DNA of 64,000 bases from positions 4,412,845 to 4,476,844 of the forward strand of contig SMSO01000014.1 of NCBI GenBank assembly GCA_004764695.1. Direction: 5' to 3'. Origin of the DNA: Schizochytrium sp. TIO01 (Eukaryota > Protista > Bigyra: Labyrinthulomycetes). The notes below the pieces were generated by a model, which saw nothing but the letters and a program-made list of their open reading frames with translations, was not told the DNA's origin and searched no databases. Below, piece after piece: positions 35,077 through 45,676 of this stretch. Each line of letters starts with the position of its first letter. Positions within the stretch are counted from its first letter, which is position 1. The translations under genes and the position numbers were made by a program.

Positions 35077-35900
35077 CTTGATTTATCAACGAATGAACTT
35101 CGAAAAAAAAAGGCTTGGGAAGGAGTGGAGTTCTTTGCGTCCGGCGCAAGAACAATTTAACCACACCTAAGGCTGTTTTGATTCAAATTAATACCACATA
35201 AACTCTACCGTTAGTTCACCTTGATCAAAAATGTTTACAAAACCAAACTAAAGATGCAATACGTAGGCAATGTGTATACACGCTCACTTCTGCTAGCACC
35301 AGCAGGATGTCGCCCAGGCAATACCGAATGAGGTGGATTCCTTCGGGAGTACAACATCCTTTATTACAAAATTAACAGATGTACTGTAGCAGCCAAAGAC
35401 CGTCGACCTCATTCCTCCAGGAGAGGCCCCTTTGCCAGGTTGACCCCACTTCAACATTGGTGGTGACCACATGCTCCATGTCCAACATCCACAAGGTCAG
35501 GCCGGCTCAGCCTTAGCTCTGAGTGGCATAGGAGAACAACGGGACCTCTCCGAGAGCACCCCAGCTGTGCATGAAGTCTCCAGTCAACGCGCAGGCCTAT
35601 CTCCTGCGCAGGCTTCGCCTCGACGCTTTCACTCACCTTGTCTTTACAGGTCTGCTCGATGGCCACGACGCCATGTAGAAACAGCCTATAGTTTTTTCTA
35701 CCATTGTTCTTACTGAGCAACCCTTTTCGAAAGGTTCCATAATATCACCCAGCAGCACACGGCCGCATCGCGACGCGGCCACATCTCGTCCATGCATTTT
35801 TGACAGGGCCAAATATATGGGGACCTCGGTTAGGTTTAGTGGAAGCGGGTTAGGTTTGATATTAGGCCTTTTGATGATATTTAGGCCTTTTATTTGGTCG

Positions 35901-35963
35901 GGTTAGGTTAGGTTAGGTTAGGTTAGTTGAGACAAGACAAGACAAGACAAGACAAGACAAGAC
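35901..35963 (+). repeat. Compound microsatellite (GGTTA)5 followed by (GACAA)6
   Basis: Read directly at 35901-35926 and 35931-35963. Confidence 0.9.
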
Positions 35964-36292
35964 AGCAATACAACATAGATGGATACCTACTTGCAGAAGG
36001 TCGCTTAGAGAAAAAAGGTTGAGCATCAGGGATTGGATTGCGTGGGATGATTAATGACTAATTTAGGTTCTTGACATGCGGTTAAGGTATGTAGTTAACG
36101 TGCGTGTTGGAGTTAGAACACAATGGGAAAATCTACAAGGCTAGGGGAGGCAAGACTTCAAAGCTGGCCTCGGTGGTATGGATTAGTTTATTTCAGGTTT
36201 GGATATGCCTGCGTGTTTGGGATGATTTAATGACGGTTTGATGCCTCTCCGGGTAGCAGTAGTGAGGGCAAAGCAGAAAATAAAGAGGCTAC

Positions 36293-36764
36293 TTAGGCGA
36301 GAATTTCGTCATTGTCATCATCCACAGCAGCCTTAGGAGGAGGTCCGCATGGCTGGATCATTTTTTCAAGCAAGTTGAGGCGAGTGCGTTCCACAGATTC
36401 GTTCTCCGCAGTCGCAAAGTATGTGAGCATATCAGCATGACCAAGAAAGGAAGCAAGAGAATCGCGCTGCATGTTGACGCCCCACTCAAACTTGGTCATA
36501 TCAGGATGACCGGTACCAACAAATCGGTTTTGAAGGTGCTCCCAGTTCTTTCCCAGGGAGACATTCACGTTGAAGCGATCCGTCGACTGTGTTCAATAGA
36601 ATTTATAATCTCCTTGTCAGTCTCATTTCCCTACGCCGATGGCCAGAACACATTGCAGTACGTATTTACCTCTGATCATAATACACAGCCAGAAACCTTT
36701 CTCAAACTAACCAGCAACAAGTCTCCCTCCATCCTACTCCTCATCTTTCCAAACAACGTACCAT
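36293..36764 (-). CDS. SF3B5: Splicing factor 3B subunit 5 (SF3b10); ATG-only first coding exon 36762-36764, exon 2 36293-36586
   Basis: EHLQ..FVGTGH.D.TKFEW..N..RDS.AS..GH...ENES..R...LEKM.QPCGPPP. ATG|GTACGT...CAG gives the family-like start MSTDRFN; the start exon is inferred. Confidence 0.85.
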
Positions 36765-37531
36765 CTTGCTAGCAAAGCAAGTCCTCAGGGCACTCCCTTT
36801 CAACCTCAAGTCTACTTATCCACTCGCCACAGGCCTCTCCGTCCGAGCCGTCTGCGCTGTCGATCAATCGCTTTGTTTGCAAGTCTGAAGACAAGATAAG
36901 ACAACTCAAGCCAACAGGAGAAAGCAACGAAGACAAACATATTCCAGTAAAGTTCCACATGTTCTTTCACGTTCCATATGTTCCAATGCAACTTATCTCG
37001 CCAAACAAGGAGAAAAACAATCTAAAATAATCAAACGAAAATTAGTTGAGAGAGAGCAAAACTCTCACTTACAGAGCGCCAACCGCGACGTGAGCTTTGG
37101 CGGCGACGACTTTGAAGGCTTCGGTGCCGCTGGAGAAGACACATTGACGGGAAGAAGAACCTCTAGAGGAACCCCACCACCTTGTACAGTCAGGAGCGAG
37201 CCAGCTGAGTTTAGCTAACTGTAGAGGAGGGTCTCAGGCGCGGCGCTGGAGATAATCATCAGGAACATCTTCTTCTAAAGGCGTAGAGCGTACATTCATT
37301 TTAGTTCTTCAGGGGTATTGCGCGTGGCCTTCTCTCTCCCATTTGCGATTTTGCCCACTGCCAGGTTGGCCAAAGGCCTGGGAAATTTGCGAGTGTTGTG
37401 GCAGAACTGAGCAACTCCACAAGTTTACTTATCTGTGCTTGGGATATCATTTTTCATTCGTGTATGCGAACGTGGTGACTACCTTGAGGTGAAGAAGGAG
37501 ATTCTCCAACTTTACAAGACTATAAGTGAAG

Positions 37532-38362
37532 ATGACACAGCTACTAGACTTTCTTCCCTATGTTGACCAAGAGCTGCAGGTAAAACCTGAGCTTCGAGAC
37601 GAGGTTGATGCAATGATTGAACAAGAATGCGCCCAACGACGCCGTGCAGAACCTTTTGACCCAGAGGCGTTTCTACAGTCACAAGGCTTTGAGAGTAGCC
37701 GCAATGAGCCCTTGAAAGACCCAGCTGCATCTACATCAGGCAACCCATTCTTGCGTTCTGAGTTACAGCGCGTCATGCAGAATGGACCAGCAGATACAAA
37801 TGCTATCACTGAAGACCCTACATACAAACTGGTTGAATGCCCGAAAGAGGATGCGGCTACTGATGTTTGGGAAGCTGCCCTTCGACACAACACACTTATT
37901 CTTGAGCGTCTTGACAATGACCTTTTAGACGTTGAACTTCAAGCTCAGTTTGGCCCTAGCGCCTGGAAAGTTTATGCACAAACCATGGAGGGCCTGGCTC
38001 AGCGTGTTAAAGATCGGCTCCTTGATGTCGAACAAGATATCCTTGCCATTAATCAAGCTCGGAAGCGTTCCCATCTTGCTGCTGGTGAGAGGGAACGAAA
38101 ATTACGCAATAAATGGCTTGACCATATTAACCAAATCCGACTTATTCAAAAGGCACTTGCCGAAGCAAGCTTGGGACGTACAGATTCTGCCATGGCGGCT
38201 GCATCCGATGCTTCAGGTGGAAACCAGACTATTGAAAAAAATACGAACGAAGATGTCCCGGATGAAACACGTCCCCATCATTCAAACCAAGATCACGGAA
38301 AAGAAGATGCCGAGGAAGCATTTTCTTCTTCACCACGAGCGGCCAAACGGCAGAAGACCTAG
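37532..38362 (+). CDS. BCAS2: Pre-mRNA splicing factor SPF27/BCAS2
   Basis: N-terminal LDFLPYVD...V..MIEQE, then W..AL..., FG..AW and INQARKRSH coiled coil typical of the family. Confidence 0.8.
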   Translation: MTQLLDFLPYVDQELQVKPELRDEVDAMIEQECAQRRRAEPFDPEAFLQSQGFESSRNEPLKDPAASTSGNPFLRSELQRVMQNGPADTNAITEDPTYKLVECPKEDAATDVWEAALRHNTLILERLDNDLLDVELQAQFGPSAWKVYAQTMEGLAQRVKDRLLDVEQDILAINQARKRSHLAAGERERKLRNKWLDHINQIRLIQKALAEASLGRTDSAMAAASDASGGNQTIEKNTNEDVPDETRPHHSNQDHGKEDAEEAFSSSPRAAKRQKT

Positions 38363-41300
38363 ACTGGTTAGCATGCTAGATTGCTAATACCTTGAGCATT
38401 GATTGGGTACCCTAATTTTGTTCAGCGGTCTCTTTTTCGAATTTCTCTCTCTATTTTTGTGCTGAGTGCTGGGATAATTGGTGTATTGACATGGATCATT
38501 CGACTGGAGAGCTGCAGTGCACCAAGAGAAGAAGAACTCTTGTAACGACTTTGGAGCTTTAAAGCTTGCATGCCTGTTCTCTTATTCCTGATTTTGCCAA
38601 GCCTGAAGAGTGTGATGCCTGACTGGAGCATCTGTGTCAGAGTCCCCCAGACCTGTCAATTTCTTTTTCTTCCTTCTATATGGAAAGTCGAATTGTCTCG
38701 TCGGCCAACCACATGGTTTGCACTCCTTCAGCTCACTTTTTGAAATGTTTTTGCATTGCTCATTATGATCCTACTGCATGGGTCGCCGAATGCCGCTTCT
38801 TGATGTGAATATTCATGAAGGGGAGAAGCGCATCGTCTTTGGGCAAATTCTTTTTTTTTTTTTTTAAGAGTATGCTCATATCCTGGTATTCCCCTCTCTT
38901 CAGTAGAGACAACAATAAAGTTTAATGTACCTTGTTCTATATTTTTAGTTGGTTTAGAATCCTGAGCAAGTTGCGCATCTCACAAAAACTATGCAAGAAA
39001 TGCTCCGTGCCTGCTGATCCTAGTTAATCCATCGTAGTTTAAGACAACGCGAGCACCGATAGAAATATTTGCAAAGTTGAGGAATTTGCCTTCTCCAAAG
39101 CTTCGTCTAAAGTTCTGAAAATTCACCAAAGCCATTTTTGTGATCGATTCAGTCCCAACAAAACGTGTCCAATCACTTGCTCCGCACCTTCTTTAAAAGA
39201 ATTTTTTTTGCAGCCGCACATAGCTAAGCAGCTATTTTGCAATGCCATTTATTTCATTCATTGTGATGTATACATATGATAATACACAGAGAGCTATCAA
39301 AACTGGCTATTCGAACTTGCAAATTAATAAATCGCACATTTTCGTTACAATCGATGCGCTGCCGATTTCTATTAACCCCATAAATATGTTTCACCCTGGG
39401 CGAGTTGATTTTTTATAATGGGCATGGTAGTAAATCTGAAGTCTTGTGAATATTTTTCAATTCAATACAAAGATGCTACGTTAAGTATATCGATTGCCCA
39501 CAATTTTGTTTCTTCATGCAAATATAGCATACAGTCTGTTTTGCATGGTTTACCCGCTGCACTGTCTGGCAGAGTTCTTTTCTATTCGCTTATGCTTAGC
39601 CGGATTATGCTTCATTTGAGCTGGTCTCGAAGTACGGTTTGTGTTCAACTCTGGTGTGCAAGCCCAATCCAACCTTCACTTTTCTTTCAACTTGGACAAA
39701 TCAAGCCAACAGAAAGCAGTCCAGTTCTTTCCGACTCAGCGTTCCTGTGAAAAAGTTAAACTGGGGGCCGACGTTGATTTTTTTGCTTGATCGATAACAG
39801 TTAGGCATCTTTCATTTGCTCTTCCTCCATTTAGTAGCTCGTGATTTGCTTTATACTGATAAGTTGACGGTTCACCTGAGGATGCGGCAATAAACTACTT
39901 TGTATACATGGTTGTTTATAGATGAAACTTATAGCGATTCCATTAGGATAGCTAATGGATTCGTTCGGGGAAACAATTCGCAATAAATACTGTTTTAAAA
40001 TTAAAAATTGGATGACGTGAGGAAATAGGGAAGCTAATGTAATATTAAGTAGTATTACCTACCTACGTGCTGCTGGCCGACTAAAGTTATCGACGGGGCT
40101 ACCTATTCGTTTAAATTCGTCATCAAAAAAAATATGAAGGCGGGAGAATCTAAGAAAACCTAATGTTTGTAAGACAAGGTTTTTCACATACACCAGCATG
40201 ATGACAAATAGACAAATAGACAAGTGAACAGAATAATATCGACTTAACCTTGCACAATCGATTAATCGCATGCTCCCTCATAAGTACGGTAGGTTTGGTA
40301 GGTAGGTACCACTGTTCAGGAGGAAGGAGAGGGTATACTAAACTCGGTGTATATAATTAGTCAGTAGGTAGGCAGGTACTAAATAGTACTATTTGGTAGG
40401 TAGGAATACAAGGATTTAAAAAGTGTTTTGTTTTTTTACAGAAGATATTTGTATGAGGCCTTTTTAATGTATTGTTTCTTTCTTTCAGATTACAAAACAA
40501 AGGGGAAAGGCTCAAGAGAAATAAAAAGTTCGCCCATACATTATGGCTAACAAGCGGTGATGAAGTTACGATTGAGTTGATGACATTAGCGAATGCTGTA
40601 ATGGCTTGCGAAGGTCAAATATACAATTAAAAGCTGCGACAATATTTTTAATTTGCGGTGTCGATGCTGCATTCCCTTCATTATATTTCTCGACTTTGAT
40701 CTCAAACGTATCATCAACTCCTTTGCCACGCGCAACTGGCCAGCGAAACTCGCTTACCTTTCATGCTGCTAGCTTTCGATGCCTGCAGTCTGCAAAGGGT
40801 CAGCTAGCACTGCAGGCTGCCAGCGCTACAACAGCATGACCCACAGGAGAACGAGAAGGCTACTCAACGAAGATCATACGAAAGGCAGCTAGCATGCCTA
40901 GAATGTTACTGAGCGTATTGTCGCCAGTCTAGTAGCGCAGCTCTCCACCCGTCCAATGGAAGCTTTTAATCTCTTTATGCGTAACTTATTGTTCAAGGTT
41001 CCCCACTAATAGATCGCACCTAAACTTCAATGTAACTATTAGCCTTTCTGATAGCTGGATCCATAAGGGTACTATGGCAATCAGCCATATGATGAATCTC
41101 TCACCATCACGGTGGTTTTTCACTTGACCAGTTTTTTTTTAATGTATTAGCAACCCATTTTTAGATTTACCATTAGGCCCCAGTAAGGCTCCACCTATTC
41201 TTTGTTAATTTTCAATGGAACACCCCTTGAAATTTGGGTGAGCCTCGGATAGGTTTACTTGAATTTCTGTCTGACATGTTCTTTCGTTCAACCAGATTTT

Positions 41301-42908
41301 CCCCTTGCTATTGATGTGAAATTCATATGGCCAAAGTCTGACTATCTATGTATACCTTGCCAAAAATTCTGCATGATGACCTTTGGGTTGTCCTGGGGTC
41401 AAGCCTACTTGGCAGAATTAATCTTATCAGGCAAAGGCTTCTCCAAGTTTTAAAATATTGAGCTCTCAATATTCTCTGGTGGGTACCTTCTAGGCTACTG
41501 ATAAAAAAGGCTTCTCTGGTCTATTCCAAGGTTTTGCTACTGGCTAATAAATTACACTGATTCAGGCAAGCAAACCGACTGCCCAGTAGATCTTCGAAGT
41601 TTGAATCGACTCAACGCCGGTCTTGCGTGAGCCTTTGCTCCATTCATTTTCCCCTGTCAACCAAATGACCATTTCAGCCTTATATACCTGGAGATTTTCT
41701 TTATGTCCCAGAATTCTCTCAATCAACCTTTAAGTTTCACTTGCGTTGCATGCCTACCAATCAACAAACCCATGATTAAAATCGGCATCAGACCGGTCAT
41801 CACGAGAAGAAGAGTGGGCAACAGCTTGGTCATGGCTGAATTCTCTCTCTCCTTACGTCGAATCAAACACATGGTGTGAAAACTTACCGATGAGAAATTC
41901 CCAAGAACAGCTTGTCGACGAGATATAGTACAAGAACAATTCAATAGATAGATGAGGTACTTCGGATATAGGATTTGGGGCCTTTTTGCTCAGTCAGCCT
42001 GTTTGCAAGCCGACCATTCGTGACAATTTTATTCATTGCTTTCTGTAAAATTGCCCAGACAAGCCTCATTGTCTTCTTTTTATCGACTTCTTTTCTCCCT
42101 CTGGATCTCTTTACCAGTTCCCGCGCGCTCTTTTTTCTTTCCTTTTCCTTTTCTTTATCCTCCTCTCATTCACTCACTTTTTTACATCTGAAATACTAGG
42201 TGTAGCTTAGAGTCTGAATCCTTTTGCTCTAGTAGTTTCTATTAGCCAAAACAAAAAACCAATATGGAGCCTCACCATTCCACTAAAAGGAAAAGGTGAA
42301 AAAGAACGATTGTTAGGTTACGCATCAAGTAGTAAAAAAAGTTTTCTTAGCTTGTCAATTCTGTCCAGGGCTTACGGGACTCCAGGTTTCATCGAGCTTG
42401 GATGAAGAGTCAAAACTTCATGGATTTCTGTTGCAAAGCTGGTGAGTCTTGAAAGAACTCCGCTTGGCCGGCTTACCTAGCATAGCAATACTTCGTCTCC
42501 ACGCGAGCAATATTATTCTAAAGTTTATTCAAATTGCACAGAGAGGTTGGAAAGGAAGCCGACTGACGCTCTTTGTTCTGAATACACCTTTTCTCCTTTT
42601 TGGCAGGAACACGGTCAAGTTGCGCTCCATTTTGCCAGACACGCACCAAACAAAAGGGAAAGAGCTAAGTGTGAGGTTTAATCCATTGGGTAATATAGTA
42701 CTAGTTGCCGTGGGCGAATGTGGTCTCTGCGCGGAAGCAAGTGACGAGCAAAACCCAAACGCAGAGGTCGGGAGCTCGACCTCAGCGATTGCAATATATT
42801 GGTGGAGATATACCCTTCTGATTTATTCTTGTTCACGTCATCCCGAGAGGGCTAGAGCGAAAGGAAACCCCTCTTGGCTTTAGGAGAAACAGGGAAAGAA
42901 ACTTCAAC

Positions 42909-45098
42909 ATGCTCGCCAAGTCCCAGGTGAGCCGCGAAGAAGGCTGCAATGAAACATTCGAAACGTCAGCAATGCTTACACAGCACACTAGGTGTAGCAG
43001 GCGGCGCCCCCGTAACTGGGCCCGCGTAGCACTGACTGCAACTCTTTCTCTAGCCACATTGTTTTCGTTCACAGAAGCACGTACCACAAGACCGAATATG
43101 GTCCTTATTTTGGCTGATGATCTAGGTATTGGCCAGGTAGATACGGTGCAATCCAGGTCAAGTGGCGTCTACGCACCAAACTCAGCCAACGAGCCTGTAA
43201 AAACAGACAATCTCTATAGTCTTTCATCAGATTCATTCTCCTTTGATAGGTTTTATGCAGATTCTTCTGTCTGTGGACCATCACGATACGCTTTGCTCTC
43301 TGGCATCAGCATTGGCAGCAAGTATTCACGCGTACGAGGAAACCAAGGCGACTCGGTCGATCAATACCTCAAGTCTAACAACGAGGTTCTTTTCACAGAT
43401 ATTTTGAACAGTATCAACTACACCGTTGCAGGATTTGGCAAATGGGGATTTCTTGAAGCTCCTCATGAGTGTGGTTTTAGTTATTTTCTTGGCAAGGAAA
43501 GCCACAAGTCAGCACAACGCTATTTTGCCCCGTTTCTTTATGAGGATGACGGAACGAGTGCTTATTTTACATATGATTACACGCCTAACAACGACGGAGT
43601 TACAGATGCAGCTTTAGAGATGGAGATATGTAACTTGAATGCAGAGCGTGAGTGTGACTATGTGCCTGATGTTCTTCACAAGCAGGCTTTGAAGTGGCTT
43701 GACAATCACGCAGCAAATGCAACAGAAGAAAAGCCTTTCTTTCTCTACTATGCAAGTCAAATCCCACATGATGGCGGTAGTGCAAGTGGCTACGACGGCA
43801 ATGTCATGCCAATTTCATCATATTCAGGTCCATCTAACTGCAGCGACTGCACAAACTATAGCGCTACTGGTGAAGGTGAGGCGTACGAGGGGTATTTTGA
43901 TGCTATGTGCGGCATTGGCTCTGCTGTCACAAATCACCTTGACAAGCAAGTACTTGAAATTGTGAATAAACTTGACGATCTGAATGTACTGGAAGACACA
44001 TTGGTTATCTTTTTGAGTGATAACGGACCTGCTATCAATGTTGGAGCTGACGAGAGTGATTGGTGGCTCATTTTGGATCAACCCATGAATGCTAATGGCC
44101 CTTTCAGAGGCTATAAACGCCAATTGTTCGAAGCGTCACTCCGTGTTCCCAATCTTTTTATGTGGAAAGGTGTCATCTCCGGAAGTACTCTGGGCAAGCA
44201 AGCTGTGCAAATGTCTGATATGGCCCCGACACTGTTGGAGATTGCCGGTCTTGATTCATCTGAGCTACCTTCGCAGTATAATGGTGTATCATTTGCGAAG
44301 GCTGTACTGAAGCAACGTACAGGCTCCGTCACCGAATTTCATGATTATCTTTACCACGAGCTATGTTGGGAGGACCCTGGTGTAATTTTCGGTCACAATA
44401 ACTGTGACTTCTCCGTCAACTTTGGCACATCTCTGCAGTACCGTGTTGAGTGGACTGCCCGCACCAACCTAAACCTTAGTATCACAAACACTAAGGCTGG
44501 GTGGCTACAAGTTGATGAAAATCTCACTACCACCTACCTACTTGACAGCGACTATACCCCTGATGTCCACAAAATTACCGCAGAGTACAAGGATATTGCA
44601 ACCCAAAAACTTCTTAATCGCGCTGCAGCCAAGGTCGCGGCGCACAGAGTGCTACCTCCGACAAGTGATTCATCTATCCCCGATTACACTATGCCACCAT
44701 CGGCGCGCTCTGCTACGAGCAATTTGACGGATTCAAGTACACTTGCTCCTTCAATTGCACCTACGATCAGTCCTTCTGATGTACCTACGAAGAGTCCAAC
44801 GGTGACTCCAACCAGCGCGCCAACCACGCTTGCACCAACCACGGCAACCCCAACGACTATGCCCACAACTCTTGCGCCTACGCTCGAGCCTACACAAGCA
44901 CCAAATAATGTAACTGCCTCAACAACCCTCTCGCCAACTACAAATGAACTGACCACAGCCCCGGTAAGCTCGCAAGATGCTTCAAGTGCTACAGCATCCC
45001 CCACTGCTGCAACTGTCGAGGCTCCTTCTGCATCGTCGCGGATCACCAAGCCTATCTTCTTCGGCTTCCTTGCAGTTTTGGCGACATTTTGGATGTGA
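42909..45098 (+). CDS. Cell-surface formylglycine-dependent (aryl)sulfatase with a mucin-like T/P stalk and probable GPI signal
   Basis: Signal-like VALTATLSLATLFSF, PNMVLILADDLG, the CxPSR motif (VCGPSRYALLSG), GKWG, IFLSDNG, FE...RVP and DMAPTL. PT-rich stalk and hydrophobic C-terminus with no cytosolic tail. Confidence 0.9.
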   Translation: MLAKSQVSREEGCNETFETSAMLTQHTRCSRRRPRNWARVALTATLSLATLFSFTEARTTRPNMVLILADDLGIGQVDTVQSRSSGVYAPNSANEPVKTDNLYSLSSDSFSFDRFYADSSVCGPSRYALLSGISIGSKYSRVRGNQGDSVDQYLKSNNEVLFTDILNSINYTVAGFGKWGFLEAPHECGFSYFLGKESHKSAQRYFAPFLYEDDGTSAYFTYDYTPNNDGVTDAALEMEICNLNAERECDYVPDVLHKQALKWLDNHAANATEEKPFFLYYASQIPHDGGSASGYDGNVMPISSYSGPSNCSDCTNYSATGEGEAYEGYFDAMCGIGSAVTNHLDKQVLEIVNKLDDLNVLEDTLVIFLSDNGPAINVGADESDWWLILDQPMNANGPFRGYKRQLFEASLRVPNLFMWKGVISGSTLGKQAVQMSDMAPTLLEIAGLDSSELPSQYNGVSFAKAVLKQRTGSVTEFHDYLYHELCWEDPGVIFGHNNCDFSVNFGTSLQYRVEWTARTNLNLSITNTKAGWLQVDENLTTTYLLDSDYTPDVHKITAEYKDIATQKLLNRAAAKVAAHRVLPPTSDSSIPDYTMPPSARSATSNLTDSSTLAPSIAPTISPSDVPTKSPTVTPTSAPTTLAPTTATPTTMPTTLAPTLEPTQAPNNVTASTTLSPTTNELTTAPVSSQDASSATASPTAATVEAPSASSRITKPIFFGFLAVLATFWM

Positions 45099-45676
45099 GG
45101 TCCATCAATTCATATGCTATCATTTGACATTTTCCTCTTTTTATTGCAAGGAAAACTCCCTTCATTTGTTTCTTCTCACAAACGATATTTACATGAGCAC
45201 CATTTGCTAGAAACTTTAATTCAAGTAATGATGTCTGCTTCAGTCTAGTCTCTCTCTGCACCAGATTTTTTCCTAATTTGGCGCTATAAAAGCTCCTAGT
45301 CTTGCATCGCAACTGTCTCTTCAAAGACTTTTATTTTAAAGCAACACCTTTGATTGTGCATTATTGCGAGTATCTAAGCTCTCACCGATCTCTCTCACCA
45401 AGGCCATTGATTTCACAGAAGATGAGCGTTTTGAAAGTTCCTTTTGAGTGCGCACGCTGATTTAATATTCAGCAGTCAAGATCTACCGCTAAGAATTTAT
45501 AAAATGGGCTATGATAAACTAATAACAAAGCTAAATTACATATGTTGTCTCCTTTCTATAACACAACAGCATTACAACTTTAATACATATATGATTTGTA
45601 ACGTAATTTTAAAGTATGCGATTTTTTAATAAAGCGATGGAGAAGCAAAAAGTTTGAATTGTAATTTGTCTCGGGT

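Noticed and set aside
34069-35160. 363-aa + strand ORF and 285-aa alternative-frame ORF over RPLP0
   Set aside because: Shadow ORFs caused by the strong codon bias of a highly expressed gene.
37073-37144. Alternative first exon for SF3B5 (MCLLQRH...WRS|GTAAGT)
   Set aside because: It is in frame but adds a non-family N-terminus. The ATG|GTACGT site at 36762 gives the expected MSTDRFN start, so this is more likely a 5' UTR exon.
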